A stretch of 64,000 nucleotides of DNA from Podarcis cretensis. Its lineage: Eukaryota. Numbering within the stretch: the first letter of the stretch is position 1; each line of letters opens with the position of its first letter. The stretch spans positions 26,660,001-26,724,000 of the forward strand of contig OX638163.1 in NCBI GenBank assembly GCA_951804945.1, given 5' to 3'. Both the position numbers and the translations under genes were made by a program. Under the pieces are notes generated by a model. That model did not search any database and was not told the DNA's origin. It was given only the letters and a program-made list of their open reading frames with translations. Shown here piece by piece: positions 35,186 to 47,364 of this stretch.

Positions 35186-37010
35186 TAAATGATGTGGAAT
35201 TGTGCCAAACTGAACTTACCAATGGAAAAATTAGAAACCGAAATTGAAACATTTGTCCATTCTTCACACACACACACACGTAAACAGTGGAGTCAAATGG
35301 CAATGAAATGCAAACTATACAGTCAGTAATAATTCAATTAAAGTGTAAATGTATGGAAAATAAGCACTGTCTCGATCCACAGCTGTAATTGGTGATAATA
35401 CAATTGTCCTAGAACTGATAAGTTAATTAACAGCTGTAGCAGGACAGAAAAACATTCAGCGTATTCATGTCCAAATGGATCATGGTGTCTGTCTTTAAAA
35501 GCCACTTCATAAAATTATCTCCTTCTCTGCTTCTGCCCATATGCTTTTATAAATCCTCCATCTTCTCTGTCTCTTGCAGGCAACTTGATTTGTAATGTGA
35601 TACAGCAATAAATTATGTGCATCTCAGTCCCATGCATGTTAACTCTGAGGTCAGTTAAGCATGGCTTACTAGCAAGTAAGCATGCACAGGATGGCAGTGT
35701 TAGTTGAAGTATCTTATTTTGTCCAGGCTGAGACTCCCTTCTGTACAAGGTTCTGAGCTTCATCCCCCTCCCCTTGCCCAACTTATGGTATTCCAGAATT
35801 TAATGCTAGGAAAAGCAAATGTATTAGCAGTAATGGCCTGGAAGGGGAGGCTGATCAACAAATTAGGAGGCTCACTACCATCCTTTAAGCCCTCTAGATT
35901 TCTGCTGACCTGACCTAGCTATAAATATTTCCAGCTATTTGTCTGGCTGTTGCATATGGGCAGAAGAGTAATATTATTTGTGGAGTTGTGCACACCATGG
36001 CTTCTCAAAATTCCCCACCTTACTTGGTGGCACAGAAATTGAGAAAACTACTTCACACACCCCACCCAAGTCAGGTGGGGAGGAAAGAAAGAAATATCAG
36101 CTAACTGGTGCAAACACCCTGCATGCTTTCAATGTGTGATAGGGGTTGTGTACAATGCACCACAAGATATATCACCCAGTGCCAATTCTGTGCACTGTTG
36201 GTCATTCAGCATTTATGCACCATCATGGTGTTGCCTCAGCTGACCCAAGGAACATCTACCGGCAATACTATGCTGTACTCAGTGCTCAGTCATTAGAAAA
36301 TCAGTATTAAGATAAAAAGAATGGAAGAGTAAGACAACTCTCTCTACCTGGCCTTCAATTCACCCCAGGCCATACACTCTCTCCTGGCCACATCATTCAC
36401 TATCATTGCTTCAGAACCCAAGTATTTTCTCCAAGTTGGAAGGTGTCCTTGAACTATGATAACACCTCTTGTGGTCCCAGGCATGGTGTGCCATGGGTTG
36501 TTGGTGTTGGGTGTTGGCAAGGAGGAGGTCTGCCAACTTTAATAAAATACTGGGGGAGGGGCAGGTAAGCCCCATCCTGTATAAATCAATCCCATGACAT
36601 GTTGCAAGCACACCATTTTAATGGCAATGCCCATCAACTTAGGGCCTCCCATCAAATATTTTATGGGGGGGGGTCAAAGCCCCCTCAGTCCCTAGGAGTT
36701 GGCTCCTATGGCAAGAAGTAATATTGACAAGACAATATATTGGGATCAAATTGACCACAGCTTTATTGATTACAGATGTCAGTAGGTTTTGGCATAGATA
36801 CTGGGCATGTATCCTGAATCAGTTAACCAATTTGCTGGCTGATTATTCCATCAGGTTTAATACTGGATGCATCAATGACATGCATCAATTCCGGGCAATC
36901 CCTCCAGGTCACCACTTCTATGGCCAATTAGCCTCATCTGGGCATTCAAACAGAAACCTTTCCCCTATAATGGGGGCACCATGGTACTTATTTGGTCAAA
37001 TAAATGGGGG

Positions 37011-37586
37011 TGTGATGGCCTGGGATTCCGATTCAGAGGCTGAACCAGAGGAATCCCAGCCTGCACAGGAGTCCCCGCCTCCAGGGCCGGCTGAATTGGG
37101 GCAGGGCCTGGATTCTGAAGCACCTGCACCTGTGTTAGATCCTCAGGAGCAGGCACCAGGTGATCCCACTCTGGCCCCAGAGGTGGTTGAGGACTCAGTG
37201 CCTGCAGGTGAGTCTCCCCCTGGGCCCAGTAACCCTTTAGCCTCTCCTGAACTGCAGAGACTCAGGGCAGAGAGGCGAAGGGAACTGGTTGCTCCCAGGA
37301 GGAGTGCTCGCCTTAAGGCCAAGAGAGGCGGGTCTCCTGGGGGCCGGGACCGCCCCTAGCCTCAGAACAGATAAAGGCCAGTCGGCCCGGTCCCAGGTTG
37401 TGGGAGCAACGTCGTTGTTGAGTTCCTGTTCATGCCCGGACCCAGACCTGACTCTTCAGTGCTCCTGTCCCCGCCCGGCTTCCTGTTTCGGACCTCGCCC
37501 CGCTCCTTGTGGACTGATTCCAGGCTAGTGACCCAGGACCGGACTTTGACTACACCTACGGTAACCTCCCCCCCGGGATCAGCACA
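37011..37586 (+). mobile_element. Young solo LTR (Gypsy-like), 576 bp
   Basis: Inverted termini TGTGAT...AGCACA; flanks GGGGG/GGGTG (or perfect GGGTG TSD if the LTR starts at 37013); GC- and CpG-rich; TATA-like GATAAA at ~37370. Confidence 0.8.
37015..37359 (+). CDS. LTR U3-encoded 114-aa acidic/Pro-rich peptide with an RRSARL motif (expression unproven)
   Basis: ATG 4 nt inside the LTR; MAWDSDSEAEPEESQ...PLASPELQRLRAERRRELVAPRRSARLKAKRGG...; stop just before the TATA-like box. Confidence 0.5.
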   Translation: MAWDSDSEAEPEESQPAQESPPPGPAELGQGLDSEAPAPVLDPQEQAPGDPTLAPEVVEDSVPAGESPPGPSNPLASPELQRLRAERRRELVAPRRSARLKAKRGGSPGGRDRP

Positions 37587-37768
37587 GGGTGTGTGGTTCT
37601 GACTCAGCCACCACTGCCAAACTAAGGATTCAACCCACAGAACTTTTCTGCCAACAAGTTCTGACTATTGCTATGAGTTAGGCAAAACCTCCAGGCAAGT
37701 CCAATTTTCTATTCAGGGAAATTCCTTCTTGGAATAATATAACATATAGCAGCCTTCACCAACCTGGT

Positions 37769-38020
37769 GCCAGTGTGGTGTAGTGGTTAAGAGCGGTAGT
37801 CTCGTAATCTGGTGAACCGGGTTCGCGTCTCCGCTCCTCCACATGCAGCTGCTGGGTGACATTGGGCTAGTCACACTTCTTTGAAGTCTCTCAGCCCCAC
37901 TCACCTCACAGAATGTTTGTTGTGGGGGAGGAGGGGAAAGGAGAATGTTAGCCACTTTGAGACTCCTTAGGGTAGTGATAAAGCAGGATATCAAATCCAA
38001 ACTCCTCCTCCTCTTCTTCT
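37769..38020 (+). mobile_element. Squam3-like tRNA/CORE SINE
   Basis: Same sequence as 6799-7050, with a (CTC/CTT)n tail. Confidence 0.88.
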
Positions 38021-38131
38021 CCAGTTGTTCTGGACTACAATTCTCATAAACTCAAGCTGGCTGAAGAGAGTTGTAGCCCAGAACAGCTGGGACTGATGGG
38101 AGCTGAAGTCCAGAACAGCTAGAAGATACTG

Positions 38132-38641
38132 GGGCTGGATCTACACTGACCTGTTTTATGTTACAGTGGTACCTCGGGTTAAGTACTTAATTCATTCCAG
38201 AGGTCCGTACTTAACCTGAAACTGTTCTTAACCTGAAGCACCACTTTAGCTAATGGGGCCTCCTGCTGCCACCACGCCACCGGAGCACGATTTCTGTTCT
38301 CAACCTGAAGCAAAGTTCTTAACCTGAGGTACTATTTCTGGGTTAGCAGAGTCTGTAACCTGAAGCGTATGTAACCTGAAGTGTATGTAACCTGAGGTAC
38401 CACTGTATTAGAATAATATTAGATATGTCATTCTAAGATATCACAGGGCATATTTGGAAATTAAATAATTTTTTATCTTTTTTTATCTTAACGCTGCTCG
38501 TTGCTCTGCAGCACCTTCTGGTGTCACATTTTAATAAAACATTATGAACGCTAAAAGTAGGACGTCATGTGTCCATCTCTGTTATCAAAACCCTTCCATA
38601 ACTCTTCTTTAACGTTAAGAACCATGAGTGTAGATCCACCC
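38132..38641. mobile_element. PIF/Harbinger-like MITE hosting a Tigger-like MITE
   Basis: TIR GGGCTGGATCTACACT...AGTGTAGATCCACCC. Confidence 0.6.
38164..38405. mobile_element. Tc1/mariner (Tigger-like) 242-bp MITE, opposite orientation
   Basis: TA-flanked CAGTGGTACCTCGG...GAGGTACCACTG. Confidence 0.92.
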
Positions 38642-38917
38642 AAGGTTGAGAAAGGTTGGTCTACAGGTTAGAGACTTTCTACTAAACATATGGATTTCAG
38701 TTGTTCTTATTTACTGTGGAAGCTCCCTTTGCTAGATTTAATAGGTAAAATATTGTCCCTAAATTAATAGGTAAAATATTGTCCCTAAATGGTGAGGGTT
38801 GGGTTCTTGCTCAGCACCTGCACCTTTTCTATATTAAAAGCACATCTTACTCTTCTGGGAACATTTTCTGTAAATTTGATATTGTTACTGTTTTTAAGGG
38901 GCATTTCTTCCTGTATT

Positions 38918-39830
38918 TTTATTTTATTTTATTCATGCCTTTCAGGTTTACACATTTCACTAATTTTACAAACATTTTGACATTTCAAAACTTGACTTCC
39001 TTCCCCCTCTTTCTGCAGTTCCTTAAATTTACTTTTAATATTGTCTTCATATCCAAATTAATTTAATTTGCTCATTTATTCATCTACTTTAAATATTTAA
39101 ATATATATGCTTATGAAACTGCAGGTTATTACAATAATCCTACCAATGTTTTTATCTGTTTACAATCTACCTGTAAAAATTCAATAAACCATTTCCATTT
39201 TTAAATAAAAAGTTTGTCTTGATTTCTTATTCTTCTGATAAGTTTCGCCATTTCTGTATATTCCATAAGTTTTTGTATCCATTCTTCCTTTGCTGGGTGT
39301 CAGAGTTACAGAAACCTCTCTTCCTGAGCAGCTGCCAGCCCGGGCAGAGAGCCAAATGCAGATAAGAAAGGTGGCCATGGAAACTCGCTCCCAGGAAGTA
39401 GACGAAGGGTCATCTCCCAGGCTAGAGGAATCTACAGATAGCCTTTCAGAGACGGCAGGTCAGCCTTTGAGTATTCCCCAGAGTAGAAAAGAGGGAGTAC
39501 AGGATAGGGGGCAAACTATGTCACAATGTGCTAAGAGAAGGTTCCTCCCACATTGCTTTTGTCGAAGGAAATGTGACGCTTCAAACTCAGTCCAACAGTG
39601 TCTCTCCAGTTGCCCTCGTATACTACACTTCTTAAATACTTCATTCAAATGATGATACTGTATCCATGTTGTTAATTTTCCTGATTATTCCTTAAATTCT
39701 TTTAATTTATACTCCCTCTTGTTTTAATAAATTTCTATAAGTTGTCCACCCCATATCATATTATTTTTCTTTACCGCTATAGCTTCCAGCAGTGTGAGCC
39801 AAAGTGGTATTTTTTTTTACCTCTAATAAA
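38918..39830 (-). mobile_element. 5'-truncated L1 with an internal LTR fragment and deletion
   Basis: 13-bp TSD TTCTTCCTGTATT (38905-38917 / 39831-39843); ORF2-like remnants IPLWLTLLEAIAVKK, WIQYHHLNEVFKK, EEWIQKLMEYTEMAKL; A-rich tail. Confidence 0.85.
39298..39590 (+). mobile_element. 5' part of a Gypsy-like LTR (acidic U3)
   Basis: Begins TGTCAG inside the L1; encodes SQEVDEGSSPRLEESTDSLSETAGQPLS; CTA TGT CAC AAT GTG at 39516-39530. Confidence 0.55.
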
Positions 39831-41154
39831 TTCTTCCTGTATTATTGAGAGGGCTGCAAATTTTTGTGTGACTTCAAGGCAGTTAAGGATTTTTTTTTGT
39901 TGGCTCATGGACTGTGTGTGTATAGAACTGCATTAGCTAGTTGTACTTTTTAAATTCTGTATTCAGTTCTACTGGTCTGTGATGGTGGTAAATCATTCAT
40001 ACACCCCCTATTCCCTGCTTCATAGGTGAATGGGTCAGATACACAAGCTACAAACACTGTCAAATCTAGTTTACCCTAAAGAGTGAGGCAGGAGAAGAAG
40101 ATGGTGGGTTTCTTAATTTTATTTTAACTGGGGTATTTTTGTGATGTAAGAAAATGAAAATTTATAAAGGCACCACATTGTATATATTCTCTACAAACCT
40201 CCAGATTTCATCTTCAGAGGGTTGATTTCATCTGCATCAAAAATCAGACCACGTTACATCACACTGAAGCAGAAAAATGTGACAGCATATTTATACAAAA
40301 AAATGCCACATTGAAATGGCAGGGCAGCAATGCAAGTTTAGCTCTGCTTATCAACCTGTCTAGCAAGGAGAGCCTGACAACTTCACACGCACCTCACCCA
40401 CGTTTGGCATTCACATCTGTTTTGACCATCAGAAAAGATACATATAAATAGCCAAATGGCCTGGGAAGAATGCAAGTTGGTTTCAACATTTTATTTTCTG
40501 TAATCTACTCTGAAATCATGAAAGAGATGAAGAGTGGGAGATAAGTGCTATCCTATCTATATATCTATTCCAGACAAATCAAGGAATACTTCAGAAACCA
40601 ATAGGTCCAATAGGTTCCAATAGGTCACTGCATTCTGCAGGAGGAGAATTTGTTCTTCAAATACCAAAAATATCAGAAGCCCACTCCAAAGCAACAGAGG
40701 AGGGTTTTCAGTGTGGCTACCCCTGATCTTCAAAACAGCATCACTGTTGAGATATGTCAGGTGCCCACTATGTGTATTTCCTAGAAACCAGGCATACAGA
40801 GTTGGGCCCAACATGAGGCGGGAGCCATCATGCATGCATGACATCACATACTCTGGTAATCACAGGGGAAGTGTGGAGGGTGTTTTTTTTGGGAAGCATT
40901 CTTGCCCGCTACTGCACAGCTGAGGAGAGGGCCAGCAATGCTGCTGTGACTCTCCTGCTTCTAAGTGCAGCTCCTTCATGTGTACAGGAGAGAGGTGTTG
41001 CTGCAGCAACGCTGCTGCCGCCACCTGTCCTTCAGCCAGCCTAGAAATATTGAGGGGGCTGAAGTCCCTTCCACGCCCTATAGCTGGCACTCCTGATAGA
41101 AATAATTGAAGGCATTTTTGTTTCAACAATTAGGAAAGGAATTGGGGGGGGGGG

Positions 41155-41855
41155 GACTGCCAATATCATGCCACTATGCACATCTATTTGAGGTACATTT
41201 GAAGTACATATGCACATTTGAAGTACTGTGCATAATTCTGGTCACCTCACCTAAGAAAGGATATTGTAGAGTTATAAAGTTTCAGAAAAAGGTCACGAAA
41301 TGATCAAGGCTTGCCTGCAAAGAAAGGTTGCAGTGTTCAGTTAGACTTTTTTTAGTTTAGAGGAAAGGTAAGTAAGAGGCAACATGACAGAAGTTTATAA
41401 AATTATGCATGGCCTGGAGAAAGTGGATAGAGAAAAGTTTATCTCCCTTTCTCAGAACACCAGAACTTGTAGACATCCATTGAAGCTGAGTGTTGGAAGA
41501 TTCAAGGCAGATAAAAGAAAGTACTTTTTCACGTAGCTCATGGTCAAACTATGGAACCCTCTCCCCCAGGAGGCAGTAACTGCCAACTACATGGATGGTT
41601 TTAAAAGCAGGATTCAACGAATTCATGGAAGAGAGGGTTATCAGTGGCTACTAGCCATTGCTGCCTCTTCCTCCACAATCAAAGGCAGCAATGCTTCTGA
41701 ATACCAGTTGCTGGAAAGCACAGGAAGGAAAAGTGTTCTTGTGCTCATACTTGCACTCTGGTTTCCCATAGGGGCATCTGGTTGGCCGCTGTGAGAACAG
41801 GATGTGGACTAGATGGGCTATCAGCCTGACTTAGCAGACTATTCTTACGTTCTTA
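41155..41855 (+). mobile_element. CR1 LINE 3' portion
   Basis: TTCTGGTCACCTCACCTAAGAAAGGATATT (FWSPHL.KDI), VKLWNPLPQEAVTANYMDGFK, 3' UTR ending TTCTTACGTTCTTA. Confidence 0.85.
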
Positions 41856-42837
41856 CAAGTATTGGCTTCTGTTTCCATGACATAATCTACACTAATGCCA
41901 CACATACTAGGGGTTGATATGGAGGTCCATAAGACATGGGCAAGGAGGGAGAGATTAGTATTACACATTATATTCACCCCACAAAGTTAAAGCAGCGCAA
42001 GGGGTAATGTTATCAGCATCTGAATGATAAACAGGTTTGTTGCAAACAAAGTAGGCAGGCTGTGGGAGAGGAAAAGTCTTCAGAATTTTTGAAATGACTC
42101 TGAAATCAACCAGATTTAGGTCACTCAATCTTGATGTAAGAGCCAGATCCGAGCAGGAGAAAGAAGAGTCCCTCAAGAATTTACTTTTGAAAAAATGAAA
42201 ACTAGATCTGAATAGTTGGCTTTGTGAGTGTGACATGCAATCAAGGTTGTTCATGACATGGAATACAATAAACTCGCTCTTTTCCCTTCTGTGCCAAACT
42301 TTGCATCATCTAGCATATGACTTTCATATTCTACTTTCCACTTCCTCAGTGCTGCCACCATACACATTATTTTCTCCTTTGCAGTTGTCAGAACATAAGG
42401 GGGAGAGGAGGGTCATTTGACTATGCTTTTCAAGCCTTCCAGATGCTTGTTCAGAATTGATGGCTTTGAACAGCAGCAATTTATTATCCTGGCATCCCTT
42501 CCTCCAACTGTATGAAGAGTTGGCCTTTTGCAGATGTATTTGCATCCCATTCCTTCCAAAAGAAAAAAGACTGCTTCACTGAGAATGGGACAAATGAGCT
42601 GGAAAAAAATAGAGCAAAAGCTAGGGGTGGGGGGAGCCATAGCAATAAACTCTTCCCTACCACTGCAATTCTAATAGGAATCTGTAACACATCTGGAAGG
42701 TTTGCAGTGTGTCAGAGCTGCTTTGGCTTGGGTGAAGCCTCTTGACATTGGACTTTTGCACCAAAGGCATCCCTTCTCCATTTGCTCCACCACATAGAGG
42801 CGCAGGGGGTTGCCACATGAGAATGCACCTTTTAAGT

Positions 42838-42959
42838 TAAGGCTACCAGATTTTTTTCAATGAATCTGGGGACACTTTTCAAGTTCAATGGATTTTGTAT
42901 GGGGACTGGTTTGTAAATCTGGCAACTGTCCCCAGGAAACAGGGACGTCTAGTAACCTT
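42838..42959. mobile_element. Short hAT-like MITE
   Basis: AAGGCTACCAGA...TCTAGTAACCTT inverted ends with GGGACA/TGTCCC subterminal motifs. Confidence 0.55.
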
Positions 42960-42964
42960 ACTTT

Positions 42965-43275
42965 AAATGGTAGCACCCTGTCTCCAGAATGCTCTCCCCA
43001 GAGAGAAAGGCCCGGCACTATTATTGCCAGTCTTTAAGCACCATGCTGAGACCGTTTTCTTCATACTGGCCTTTGCCAATTCAGTTGCCTCTTACAGTGG
43101 TGCTCATCTTTTAGTGAGGTGGGTAGGACTTGTCCTTATTAAAATGTTATTAGATTAGCGTTTTAGGTATTTTGCATTGTCCATTGTTTTAATTTTCCCT
43201 AGCTTTAAACTGATTTTATTTATTCTTATTTATTATTTATTAAGTTGCTTTGAGATTATTTTTGTATAAAGCATA
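42965..43275 (+). mobile_element. L2-type LINE 3' fragment
   Basis: GTAGCACCCTGTCTCCAGAATGCTCTCCC (VAP.LWNALP-like) and T-rich 3' UTR. Confidence 0.55.
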
Positions 43276-44944
43276 TGACAACTATAAGCAGCAGGGGAAA
43301 CAAGGCTTTTTGGAGCAGTGGACACCTTCAGAATTTTGAGCAACTGCTGTAGGCACCAGCCACTAAGTGGCTGACATAGGGTGTGTGGATACAAAATGGT
43401 TGCTGTGGGAGCATGAGCAAACACAAAATGGCTGCAACACCTACAAACAGGCATGGCCACAAAGTGCTCCAGACATCGCCCGCCATCAGTCCTAGTCCAT
43501 CAATGGGGAGAAAAGTCATCTTCCTTGGCAGTCATTCTCCTTGCTCACAAACTCTTTGCATTTCCCCTCTGTTCAGAGTCAAAGGGAAGATGAGTGTCAA
43601 ATCCTTTCATCCAATGAAACATGGGCATGCTTAAAGAGCAGGAGAGGCCAAGCCAGTACAAACAAAAATGAGCAGGAAGGGCAAACAGGCTCCTGTGCTT
43701 TGATAAAAAATTAAAAAGCCAAATTCTGCTGTGCCGGTGTGTGTTGTTATCACTAGGTTGACCTGTATAAAAATTTTGGGCAACTGTCTAAATACACAGA
43801 TCTAGGTCCTTCATCCTATCAAAATGCAGAAAGAGATGTCATGGTTATCTTCATATTCTACAACTCTATACTTTGCTGACAACATACTAAACTTCCTGGT
43901 ACTTGAATAAGGTGACAAATTCATTCTTGAGGAGCAGAAACTACTTGTGCCTTCGAGCAATGAAATTTAAAACATGTAGTCCTTGCCAAATGTGTCTGAC
44001 AGCCAAGGAAATTCTTGGGTAGGAGGCCAGAGACTCTTAGACTATTGAGAGTCAAAGGAACTTCAGTGCCTTTAGGCTGTATCAAGACGCAGCTGATATT
44101 TTCTTTCCTTCAAATTTTTCATTGTTTCCAACTCATCTCACCTTGTTCTATCCCACTTCCCCATGGAGAAACTGCATACACTGGATGGTTTAAAACTGAA
44201 GTCAGGCAGACAGGGAAAAAGGAGTGAACAATCTTTAATTCAGGAATGGCAGACCTATTGAACCCCAGATACTGTTGGACTGCAACTCCCATCAACTCTG
44301 AAAATTGGACAAGCTCTCTGGAGTTGATGGGAGTTGGAGTCCAACAATATCTAGGGGGTGCCACCCCTGCTTTCATTGATGATAGCCCTGGAATTTCTGA
44401 CCCAACATAATCTTAATCCATAAATAGTGATTCACTTTCAAAATCATCTTTGTAATTCAGAGCTGCTGCTTTTTTGTGAGAGTTCAGTACAGGGACTAAT
44501 TTTTTTTATAGTTCTCTCCTGACTTACAGACCATTGCAGACTCCTGTTGTTGTTGTGGTGGTGGTGGTGGTGGTGTGCTTAATTGCATTTGTCCTCAGGA
44601 TTTAAGTTCTCAGCACCAGCATGGTGGAGAGTCACTTGAAAATTCAACTACCATTTCTTCTAGAGCAAATAAATCCAGGAGCAATACCTTATGCAGTTTT
44701 GCTTAATAAGGGAAAGGCCACAGCTCAGTGGTAGAGAATCTGTTGTTGCATGCAAAAGATCTCAGGAGCATTCCCCAGCATCTACTCTTAGGACTGCGGT
44801 TGACCCCTGCTTGAAACCCTGGATATCTGCTGCCTCAGTGTAGGCAATACTGTGTGGGATACATCATTAGTCTGATTCAAATAATAGGGCAGCATAAATT
44901 AACTTTAGTTAAATGAATCATTGCTTGGAGCACATACAGTATTT

Positions 44945-45346
44945 AGTTGGAAGGTCTTCAGACTGAGACTTGGTACAAAGTAAGAAAGCTTATGTTTATT
45001 AAAGGAAGTACACAGGTCGATGCCAACCAACAACATTTTTGATAGGAAAGATTTCTAGCTAACTATCTAGTTGGGGGAAACAAAGGAACAATCCTTGCCC
45101 CTTAGTTGCCAGAATAAAGATCCAAGATGGCCTCATGCCTCAAGGTCCAAAGAAAGTGCGTGAGGAGAAGCAGGAAGTTGCAAACAAGATGTAACCTAAG
45201 CCATATCAATCTAAACATCAAAGAGAAAGATACATGGCAGCAGAGAGATGCAGGGATAGTTTGGGAAACTGGAGGTATCTTACTGTATATACCTTAATCC
45301 CTGCAAAGCGCTCTCAACAAGCGGAGTTGCAGCGAAACTTCCAATA
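44945..45346 (-). mobile_element. Probable solo LTR inserted in a tRNA-derived SINE
   Basis: Inverted ends GTTGGAAG...CTTCCAA, minus-strand AATAAA near 44995, SINE tail resumes at ~45355. Confidence 0.45.
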
Positions 45347-47364
45347 AATTCTACATAAGGAAGCTTCCTGTATCCCTTTTTGTGACCTATGATGCCCTAA
45401 CTTCAGACTTTAAAGCTTCTTAGTCCAATTTATACTTCTAGAGGAATCTTTGCATCCATGTCCAAGCACATAAGGACAATGGCTCAATCTAAGAGCTGGT
45501 ATTGGATTACTCTCCACCTCTGATCCATCTGTTGTATGTACTCTTGGGATTTTCCAGCAATGCAAATTAATTTTAAGCAAATCAGAAATATAATGGAGTT
45601 ACAAGAAAAACACGATTCCTGAAACATTCCGTTTTACATCATTTCATTCTTCCCGGTGCAGTCTACAGTATTTTTCACATATTTCAGTAAATATCTCACC
45701 AACAGAGAAGATTGAACAGAACATTTGTAGCAGCTGAAATGCAAGGGCATGACATAATGACCACACTTCCCATGCATACTATGCAGAATATGTTTGTGTG
45801 CAGGATGACTGCACTGATTGTACATGTCAAATTCATGAGGGTGCTGATTAGGAACCTGCAGCAGCTTTGTTTAGTGAGAATTCCCTTAACAGTCCATTCT
45901 TGTATGACATTGTAGAAGACCTTGCTCTTGATGCTTCAATCTCTGAGGTAAGACAAGTGGGCAATTTGAGATAGGGTGATTTAGAGTACCCTCCCCAGAG
46001 ATGCTTGCTTATGCATGTTTTGTTGCTGAATTCTTTACAGCAGGGGTAGGAGAATATTATTTATTCAATTATTTATTGAACATTTATTCAACCAGACAGG
46101 CGACAGTCATTTAATCTTGGTGTGGTCTTGCAGCTTGCCTGTTTCTGTTCTTCTTCCTTTCAGATCCTCCTGTTTACTGCACTGATTCTGTCTCCAAAGT
46201 CCATACCATTTTGGGGGGTGGGGGTGGGGGGTGGAACTGCCTCCTCTCTGGGACTTTGATTCAGGATATGATGAGGAGATCTAATACATATTAGTGGGCT
46301 AGGGGAAACTGGATTTTGTTTAACAGTGGCCCATCCCTAGTGTGTGCCTCATTGTTGCGATGAAGTGATATATCATTGTTAGGCCAGCCAGCCATTGCTC
46401 TTTATTTGCCCATGAGGACACGCAGTTCCAGTTTTGGACTGTGTTAAGCAAGGCAAGATCAAGCTATGTTGAGTTATGTTCCTTCTGTCTGCAGACCTAG
46501 AGGGCTTTCCATCTGAGGGGATAAGGGTGATAGGCAGTTGGTGAGCTGCTGCTTATAAAGCCTGTGTTCGGCCATTAGTTGCTTCCATGTGCCCCATTTC
46601 TGGTTTGTTTGCTTCAGCTTGTTCTTTTGTTGTAATTTTGTCTGCCTGACCAGAACCAGGCTATCATCTGCCGTCACAGTGTCTTGGCTCTTGGTACTCA
46701 ACTCAGAGTGTCCAATGGGGAGCTGGTTTGATGGGAGCTCCTGCCCACACTTTCTCATGTGGCGGCTGAAGGACTCCTGCCCTATGTCCTTATGATTCAA
46801 TTAAGTTAGCATTATTTCAGTTAAAGGACTGGGTTGGATTTGTTGTATGGCTTATGCCATGATCTTTGCATCATCAGGCAAAACTTTCTGAACCTCCTTG
46901 TTGTTTGGCCAGAATTATAGGAATGCATGGTATGGAAGGAGGGCCCTTCATCCTTACAGGGGGGACAGGTGTGGTGTTAATAGGATGATCACAAAGTTAG
47001 TCCTGGCAGTGGGTTGGGCCTGACTTCCTCATTGCAGGATTTGTTGTGATGCCTACAATTTATGTCATGATAATGAAGCTCATTTGTCAGAACAAGGCTG
47101 CACTACTTTCTTGGGGAAGTTTGTTTGAAATCTTTTGGGTGAGAGAGGCAAACAAGCAGGAGCTTATCACCTCTTGTTGCCTTAAGTACAGACAGGTAAG
47201 GAAGTGTGAGGGTAAATAGATAAACTGTCAGGCATGGAGGATCCTTTCCTCCCCCGGTAGTATTAAAGGCAAGGAGAACAAGCAAGTTCATATTTATGGT
47301 TTTTATTCAGTCATCTGGTTGCAAGGCAAAGAATCCATGTCTCTACACAAAGGAGATGTTGCCT

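Larger units (their letters stand above)
36715..37700 (-). mobile_element. LTR-like fragment hosting the 37011 solo LTR
   Basis: Minus-strand AATAAA near 36762 and LTR-like composition on both sides of the insertion; ends not resolved. Confidence 0.3.
37749..38660. mobile_element. hAT/MER5-like palindromic MITE fragmented by three nested insertions
   Basis: GCAGCCTTCACCAACCTGGTGC...TCCAGTTGTTCTGGACTACAA...GATGGGAGCTGAAGTCC...AGGTTGAGAAAGGTTG. Confidence 0.6.

Noticed and set aside
35025-35303. Poly-Tyr ORF (and poly-VC at 61524, QSIN repeats at 62639)
   Set aside because: Translation of microsatellites
36724-37014. N-terminal 97 codons of the 211-aa ORF as a host gene
   Set aside because: Starts at TTG, lies outside the LTR, and composition changes abruptly at the LTR edge; a chance in-frame extension
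46030-47290. Possible retroelement fragments
   Set aside because: Looks repeat-derived, but I could not define termini, TSD or protein similarity
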